Origin: Acidimicrobium ferrooxidans DSM 10331
GTDB taxonomy: Bacteria; Actinomycetota; Acidimicrobiia; Acidimicrobiales; Ilumatobacteraceae
Direction: 5' to 3'
Assembly: GCA_945900735.1 (NCBI GenBank)
Contig: CAMDJX010000002.1
Location: forward strand, 964-64,963
Length of the DNA stretch: 64,000 nucleotides
The notes under the pieces are model-generated. The model worked only from the letters and a program-made list of their open reading frames with translations. It did no database searches and was not told the DNA's origin. Below are positions 58,935 to 64,000 of this stretch, one piece after another (positions within the stretch are counted from its first letter, which is position 1; each line of letters begins with the position of its first letter). The position numbers were made by a program, and so were the translations under genes.

Positions 58935-60155
58935 TTACGCCATTGTCTTTTGCAGACGACGATCAAGTGTCTCGAGGAATTCCTCTGTGGTCTGCCATGG
59001 TGCGCTTTTTCCACCGACGAGTAGCGACAAGTCCTTTGTCATCTCCCCCGCCTCAACAGCTTCGACACATACTCGCTCTACTTTTTGCGCGAAATCAATA
59101 AGTGCAGGCGTGTTGTCCAATTTGCCGCGGTGCTCTAAACCGCGCGTCCACGCAAATATGGATGCGATCGGGTTGGTGGAAGTCTTTTTGCCTGCCTGAT
59201 GATCGCGGTAGTGACGTGTCACGGTTCCGTGTGCAGCTTCCGATTCAAGAACACGACCATCCGGTGTGGCGAGAACTGATGTCATCAGCCCGAGCGAACC
59301 AAAGCCCTGCGCAACGATGTCGGATTGCACGTCACCGTCATAGTTCTTGCAGGCCCAAACGTACCCGCCTTCCCAACGAATCATGCATGCAACCATGTCG
59401 TCGATAAGACGGTGCTCGTAGGTGAGGCCGGCCTTATCGAACTGTTCCTTAAATTCTTGATTGAACACTTCTTCGAACAGATCCTTAAACCGGCCGTCGT
59501 ATGCCTTCAAGATGGTGTTCTTCGTGCTGAGAAACAATGGGTAATTTCGTTGCAGCGAATAATTCATTGTTGCGCGAGCAAAGTTGCGAATTGATTCGTC
59601 AAAGTTGTACATCCCCATGACAACACCGGAGCCAGTGAAGTCGGCAACTTTCATTTCGATCGGTTTGCTGCCATCTTTTGGTACGTATGTCATCGTGACA
59701 GTCCCTTCGCCGGGAACGCGGAAGTCTGTTGCCTTGTATTGATCGCCGTGCGCGTGACGACCAATGACAATTGGTTTGGTCCAACCCGGCACAAGTTTGG
59801 GAATGTTTTTGCAAATAATCGGTTCGCGGAAGACGACGCCGTCGAGAATGTTGCGGATAGTGCCGTTTGGCGACTTCCACATCTGTTTCAAATTGAACTC
59901 TTTTACGCGTGCCTCATCGGGCGTGATGGTTGCGCACTTCACGCCAACACCATGCTTTAAAATTGCATTTGCTGAATCGATCGTCACTTGATCGTTTGTT
60001 GCATCCCGGTGTTCAATGCTCAAGTCGTAATAATCTAAATTGATATCCAAGTACGGCAGGATCAGACGATCCTTAATAAAGCTCCACATGATGCGAGTCA
60101 TTTCATCGCCATCAAGCTCGACTACCGGATTGAGTACTTTAATTTTTCCAGCCAT
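58935..60155 (-). CDS. icd: NADP-dependent isocitrate dehydrogenase, eukaryote-like homodimeric type (~406 aa)
   Basis: The start is at [24 protein letters not shown]. The blocks [17 protein letters not shown] and GTVTRHYR are typical of the IDH1/ICD-1 subfamily. Confidence 0.92.
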   Translation of the reverse strand: MAGKIKVLNPVVELDGDEMTRIMWSFIKDRLILPYLDINLDYYDLSIEHRDATNDQVTIDSANAILKHGVGVKCATITPDEARVKEFNLKQMWKSPNGTIRNILDGVVFREPIICKNIPKLVPGWTKPIVIGRHAHGDQYKATDFRVPGEGTVTMTYVPKDGSKPIEMKVADFTGSGVVMGMYNFDESIRNFARATMNYSLQRNYPLFLSTKNTILKAYDGRFKDLFEEVFNQEFKEQFDKAGLTYEHRLIDDMVACMIRWEGGYVWACKNYDGDVQSDIVAQGFGSLGLMTSVLATPDGRVLESEAAHGTVTRHYRDHQAGKKTSTNPIASIFAWTRGLEHRGKLDNTPALIDFAQKVERVCVEAVEAGEMTKDLSLLVGGKSAPWQTTEEFLETLDRRLQKTMA

Positions 60156-60190
60156 GAGGGGGCTCCAGCCTGTTCGTCCGGTTTCCCGGA

Positions 60191-60213
60191 ACTTGTATCT
60201 GACTTGTACACAA
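60191..60213. promoter_or_regulatory. Second copy of the tandem ACTTGTA motif, in the icd / acyl-CoA dehydrogenase divergent region
   Basis: ACTTGTA-tctg-ACTTGTA-CACAA has the same spacing and orientation as the copy at 49992-50014. Confidence 0.45.
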
Positions 60214-60270
60214 TACCCCAACAGCGCGCTGGCTGAGGCCCGAAAGGCCCCGCGCCCCTACTCTCTCCCT

Positions 60271-61386
60271 ATGGATTTTGCGTGGTCTGCCGATCATTTG
60301 GCTTTGAGGGCGCGCGCTCGAGATGTAGCCCGCGTGGCAGTCGAAAAGTATGGACGCTTTAACGACACGTGGATGAATGGATACAGCAAGGAGTTTTCCG
60401 AGGAACTCGCGATGCACGGTTGGATCGGGATGACGTGGCCAACCGAATTTGGTGGCGGAGGCCGCCCACCGATCGAGCGACTTATCGTTGCCGAAGAAAT
60501 GATTGCCGCCGGCGCACCGATTGCCGCCTCTTGGTTTGCCGACCGCCAGATGGGGCCTGCACTCATTGCGTACGGAACGAAAGAGCAGCAAGAGGAGTTT
60601 TTGCCAAACATGCTTGCCGGCAAGACCACGTGGTGCATCGGCATGAGCGAACCCAATGCGGGCAGCGATTTGGCATCGCTCAAAACATTTGCCGCCGATG
60701 ACGGCGACGAATGGGTGATCAACGGACAAAAAATTTGGACGAGCTTCGGCGAAGTCGCCGATTACTGCTATCTCATCTGTCGAACCAGCAACGACGGCCC
60801 TCCTCATGCAGGCATAAGCGAAATCATCGTTCCCATGAACACGCCAGGCATCGACGTTCGCCCTATTCAAGACATGACCACCAATCGTCACTTCTGTGAA
60901 GTTTTCTATACCGATGTGCGGGTGCCAAAAGCCAATCTTGTAGGCAAGCAAGGTGGCGCGTTTGCGCAAACCATGCGCCAACTTGAACACGAACGTGGCG
61001 GAATTGATCGACTGGTATCGAACAAGGCGTTGTACGACATGGCGGTGCTGCAAGCCGATACGTCCAATCCATTGGTACGACAAGAAATTGCTCGCATCGA
61101 AATTGGTTACCGAGTGGGAAGAATTTTGGTTATTCGTGAAGTGCTGAAGCAGGCGCCGGCCGGGTTCTCTGCGGCAACAAAATGCTTCTGCACAGAATTA
61201 GAGGCCAGAATTTCGGACTTCGTGTTTACCACCCTTGGTATGCAGGCAACGCTGTGGGATGACGTGACCCAGGGCCTCGCGTATGCGCCCGGTTACACCA
61301 TCATGGGCGGAACCTCAAACGTGATGCGCAACATCATTGGCGAACGAGTACTTGGTCTTCCCAAGGAGCCCCAGCCAAGAAACTAA
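60271..61386 (+). CDS. Acyl-CoA dehydrogenase
   Basis: About 371 aa starting at MDFAWSADHLALR. ACAD blocks are present (CIGMSEPNAGSDLAS; WTSFG; the C-terminal GGTSNVMRNIIGE). The longer track ORF from 60040 overlaps icd and is rejected. Confidence 0.88.
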   Translation: MDFAWSADHLALRARARDVARVAVEKYGRFNDTWMNGYSKEFSEELAMHGWIGMTWPTEFGGGGRPPIERLIVAEEMIAAGAPIAASWFADRQMGPALIAYGTKEQQEEFLPNMLAGKTTWCIGMSEPNAGSDLASLKTFAADDGDEWVINGQKIWTSFGEVADYCYLICRTSNDGPPHAGISEIIVPMNTPGIDVRPIQDMTTNRHFCEVFYTDVRVPKANLVGKQGGAFAQTMRQLEHERGGIDRLVSNKALYDMAVLQADTSNPLVRQEIARIEIGYRVGRILVIREVLKQAPAGFSAATKCFCTELEARISDFVFTTLGMQATLWDDVTQGLAYAPGYTIMGGTSNVMRNIIGERVLGLPKEPQPRN

Positions 61387-61395
61387 GGTTGTTGC

Positions 61396-62718
61396 ATGCA
61401 CCCAATCAAACTTTCCACCAAGGTGATTGACAGCGGCATCGTAGATCAGCCACTCAACCGCGTAAACAATGAAATAACTGAACTTGCCGACAACTTGGCA
61501 ATCGTTGAGAGTTTTAGCCACAGCGTGGTGTGGGACACGGGCGATGGACTGATGTGTTTTGATGCCTCCGGCGCTGGCAGCGGCGAAGCAGTTGTGAAAT
61601 CCATTCGGTCGTGGCGAAACGATCCGATCACGAGCCTGGTGTACACACACGGACATGCAGACCACGTTGGTGGCAGTATTGCGTTTGCCAATGACGCGAA
61701 GTTGCGCGGCGCGCCAAACCCGCATGTGATCGGGCACGAAAACGTGACAAAGCGGATGGATCGATACAGCGCTACCAATGATTTAAATCTCCGCATTAAC
61801 CGCCGACAGTTTGGCGGAATCAAATCCGACATGAAGCCAAACTCGGGGAACATGCGCGAAGCGCTTGCGCTGGACGAGGGCGCTCAATACTTCATTCCAC
61901 CCGCAACTCTGCGCCCCGACCAATCGTTCGTTGATCAACTGACGATCAAGGCTGGCGACACCACCGTTGAGTTTCATCACGCCCGCGGAGAAACCGACGA
62001 TCATCTTTGGGGATGGATACCCGAAAAGAAGTGGATCTTCACCGGAGACTTCGTGATCTGGAATTACCCCAACGCGGGCAACCCGCAAAAAGTTCAGCGC
62101 TATGCGCTCGAATGGGCGCAGGCGCTTCGGCGCATGATTGACCAAGGGCCAGAGCTGCTTCTTCCAGCACACGGCCTGCCAATCGAAGGCAAGCAGCGGA
62201 TCGCAACGGTTCTTGATGACATTGCCACCTCGCTTGAGACATTGGTTTCGCAAGTTATTCAAATGATGAACAATGGCGAGACACTCGACAGCATCATTCA
62301 CTCGGTAAAAGTACCGCAGCACATTCTCGACAAGCCATATATGCGTCCGTTCTACGACGAACCCGAGTTTGTTGTGCGAAATATCTGGCGCCTGTACGGA
62401 GGTTGGTGGGACGGCGCGGCTTCACGCCTAAAGCCCTCGCCCGATGCTGTGTTGGCAACGGAACTCTCACAATTGGCAGGCGGCCCTCAGGTGCTTATCG
62501 AACGCGCGCTCGAACTTGTAGAGACGAACATCCGTCTTGCTTGCCACTTAGCCGACCTCGCAGGTTGGGCTGCTCCAGAAGACCCAGGTATTCACGCGAG
62601 CAGGGCTGCCGTCTACGACCAGCGACGCAAAGGCGAACTTTCACTGATGAGCAAAGGCATTTTCAAGGCGGCCTCACGCGAGTCGGAAGCCGTGGTTAAA
62701 GCAGCCGAAATTAAATAG
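61396..62718 (+). CDS. MBL-fold hydrolase of the alkyl/aryl-sulfatase (SdsA1/YjcS-like) family, without the C-terminal SCP2 domain
   Basis: It has the HTHGHADHVGG metallo-beta-lactamase motif. The dimerisation-domain block RNIWRLYGGWWDG is typical of alkyl sulfatases. Confidence 0.72.
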   Translation: MHPIKLSTKVIDSGIVDQPLNRVNNEITELADNLAIVESFSHSVVWDTGDGLMCFDASGAGSGEAVVKSIRSWRNDPITSLVYTHGHADHVGGSIAFANDAKLRGAPNPHVIGHENVTKRMDRYSATNDLNLRINRRQFGGIKSDMKPNSGNMREALALDEGAQYFIPPATLRPDQSFVDQLTIKAGDTTVEFHHARGETDDHLWGWIPEKKWIFTGDFVIWNYPNAGNPQKVQRYALEWAQALRRMIDQGPELLLPAHGLPIEGKQRIATVLDDIATSLETLVSQVIQMMNNGETLDSIIHSVKVPQHILDKPYMRPFYDEPEFVVRNIWRLYGGWWDGAASRLKPSPDAVLATELSQLAGGPQVLIERALELVETNIRLACHLADLAGWAAPEDPGIHASRAAVYDQRRKGELSLMSKGIFKAASRESEAVVKAAEIK

Positions 62719-62791
62719 TGGGCGCGACGGGGCTCGAACCCGGGACCTCCACCATGTCGAGGTGGCGCTCTACCAACTGAGCTACACGCCC
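62719..62791 (-). tRNA. tRNA-Val (anticodon GAC)
   Basis: 73-nt cloverleaf: acceptor GGGCGTG/CGCGCCC, anticodon arm CCACC-TCGACAT-GGTGG, T-loop TTCGAGC. Position 33 reads C and pair 49:65 is C:T. The 3' end abuts the stop codon of the upstream convergent gene. Confidence 0.75.
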
Positions 62792-62806
62792 TAAAGCGAT
62801 TTTAGC

Positions 62807-63904
62807 CTACCCCGAGTTTTCGGAAATGCGAAGTCGCAGGCTCACTTCATTAGCCATTAATCGACCAGCCCTCGTGAGCACCCACCGATCGCCGCGAGGA
62901 GCAATGAGCGCTTCCAGCAGTTCTTGATCTTCTGCAGAAAAAGAGTTTGCAGGCACGCCATCACGAACTCGAATGAGAAGTTGAAGGGCTTCGAGCCTTC
63001 GCGTGGAGTCGTCCAACGTTTCACTGGATGACTCCGGAGTTTGGCCTGCGTCGACCATCTCGATGTATCGATCTGGGGTTCGAACATTCCACCAACGACG
63101 ACCATCCATGTGGGCATGCGCTGCGCATCCGAAACCGTCGTAATTACCTTGCAGCCAATACAGATAGTTGTGGACGCACTCGTGGCCAGGTTTGGACCAA
63201 TTGGAGATCTCGTAGTTTTCTAGCCCGTTGTCGTTAAAGAGTTGGTCGACCAACTCATATTTGTCGGCCTGATCGTCGTTGTCTGGATGACGGTCGGTCT
63301 GCGAAGCCAATGGTGTGTTGGCTTCCACAGTTAGACCGTAAGCAGAAACGTGCGGTGGGTCGAGCGCAACCACATCACGAACCGTTGTGCGCCAATCGTC
63401 CAACGACTCGCCTGCTGCGCCATAAATGATGTCGAGGTTGAAGGTAGAGAAGCCCGCCTCTCGGACGTAGGCAACCGAACGCCGAACATTTTCCGGGTCG
63501 TGTGTGCGCCCCAAGGACGCAAGTACATGAGGGACTGTTGATTGCACGCCGATCGAGATTCGATTCACGCCACCTGCCAGGTACTCCCTCATCATCGGCA
63601 AAGTGATGTTGTCGGGATTGCACTCCACTGTCACTTCTGCGCCGTGCGCAAGCGGAATTGTTTTCAATACCGCCATCAACTCCTCGGCAGGAACCATGCT
63701 TGGCGTGCCACCACCCACAAAGACCGATGTCGCAGGTGGCATTCCTTCAACCACTCTTCGAGCAATGTGTTGCGATAGTGATTTCAAATATGTGCTGGTG
63801 AGGTGATGCCTATCGGTGAAGGTGGCAAATGCGCAATAGTCGCACCGCTTTGAACAAAAAGGGATGTGCACATACACGCCGTGTGCGTTAGCAGCGAGTT
63901 GCAT
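62807..63904 (-). CDS. hemW: Radical SAM heme chaperone HemW (HemN-like, oxygen-independent coproporphyrinogen oxidase family)
   Basis: The start is at MQLAANAHGVYVHIPFCSKRCDYCAF (CX3CX2C). It has GGGTPS and a HemN C-terminal domain. Confidence 0.85.
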   Translation of the reverse strand: MQLAANAHGVYVHIPFCSKRCDYCAFATFTDRHHLTSTYLKSLSQHIARRVVEGMPPATSVFVGGGTPSMVPAEELMAVLKTIPLAHGAEVTVECNPDNITLPMMREYLAGGVNRISIGVQSTVPHVLASLGRTHDPENVRRSVAYVREAGFSTFNLDIIYGAAGESLDDWRTTVRDVVALDPPHVSAYGLTVEANTPLASQTDRHPDNDDQADKYELVDQLFNDNGLENYEISNWSKPGHECVHNYLYWLQGNYDGFGCAAHAHMDGRRWWNVRTPDRYIEMVDAGQTPESSSETLDDSTRRLEALQLLIRVRDGVPANSFSAEDQELLEALIAPRGDRWVLTRAGRLMANEVSLRLRISENSG

Positions 63905-64000
63905 CGTTCTACGTTGTTGGCGGAACGAATAGCAAGTCGAGTTCGGCAAGCTTTGCTCCTACTTCGTCCACGCTGACATCGAGCATGACAGCGATTGCGC

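Noticed and set aside
60040-60270. N-terminal extension of the acyl-CoA dehydrogenase ORF
   Set aside because: It overlaps the icd 5' end on the opposite strand, and the conserved ACAD sequence begins at the ATG at 60271.
60139-61083. 314-aa minus-strand ORF
   Set aside because: It is antisense to the acyl-CoA dehydrogenase gene and has no motif. It is a typical mid/high-GC shadow frame.
28573-62791. Two same-strand tRNA-Val genes 34 kb apart as possible boundaries of an integrated element
   Set aside because: The two tRNAs differ in sequence, with no shared 3' direct repeat. The interval holds core metabolism (gltBD, murF, ddl, acn, gltA, icd) at host-like composition. No integrase or mobility gene is present.
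63909-64000. Minus-strand frame open to the window edge (..AIAVMLDVSVDEVGAKLAELDLLFVPPTT*), ending 4 nt upstream of the hemW start
   Set aside because: It is probably the 3' end of an upstream co-transcribed gene. Only about 30 codons are visible and I recognise no motif, so it is not called.

Overview
This is a gene-dense chromosomal window with about 55 protein genes, 2 tRNA-Val genes and 1 candidate sRNA. The genome is mid-GC and looks like Actinomycetota: it carries an MshD-type mycothiol synthase, a DUF3499 protein, a 6C-like sRNA and Tat/lipobox lipoproteins. I saw no rRNA, CRISPR array, transposase, integrase or prophage genes. Layout: (1) 0.8-11.1 kb is a GntR-linked operon with two FAD/GcvT-fusion N-methyl amino acid dehydrogenases, etfBA, a non-pyrrolysine MttB-family methyltransferase and an enolase-superfamily enzyme. 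(2) 11.1-12.9 kb is a visibly AT-rich single-gene islet encoding an orphan Cys-rich secreted protein. (3) 12.9-28.6 kb is housekeeping: fdhD, sigma factor, dnaG, terC, ppdK, ygfZ-like, trpE, nth, mshD, an M3 peptidase and rlmN. (4) 28.7-37 kb is a long minus-strand operon with a PatD-like aldehyde dehydrogenase, a PotABCD-like importer, a 2-hydroxyacid dehydrogenase and a J-domain membrane protein, divergent from ald. (5) 37-47.6 kb holds an MFS transporter, divergent murF/ddl, a LysM lipoprotein and gltBD. (6) 47.7-64 kb is a TCA-centred region with mitochondrial-type aconitase, gltA, eukaryote-like icd, an acyl-CoA dehydrogenase, a carboxyltransferase, and LysR and GntR regulators. I found no obvious multi-gene novel system such as a defence island. 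The most unusual items are the corrinoid-protein-less MttB/ETF/enolase operon, the AT-rich orphan gene, a tandem ACTTGTA motif shared by the acn and icd/acd promoter regions, a 6C-like sRNA, and two tRNA-Val genes with non-canonical conserved positions. All functional calls come from reading motifs in the translations. No database search was run.
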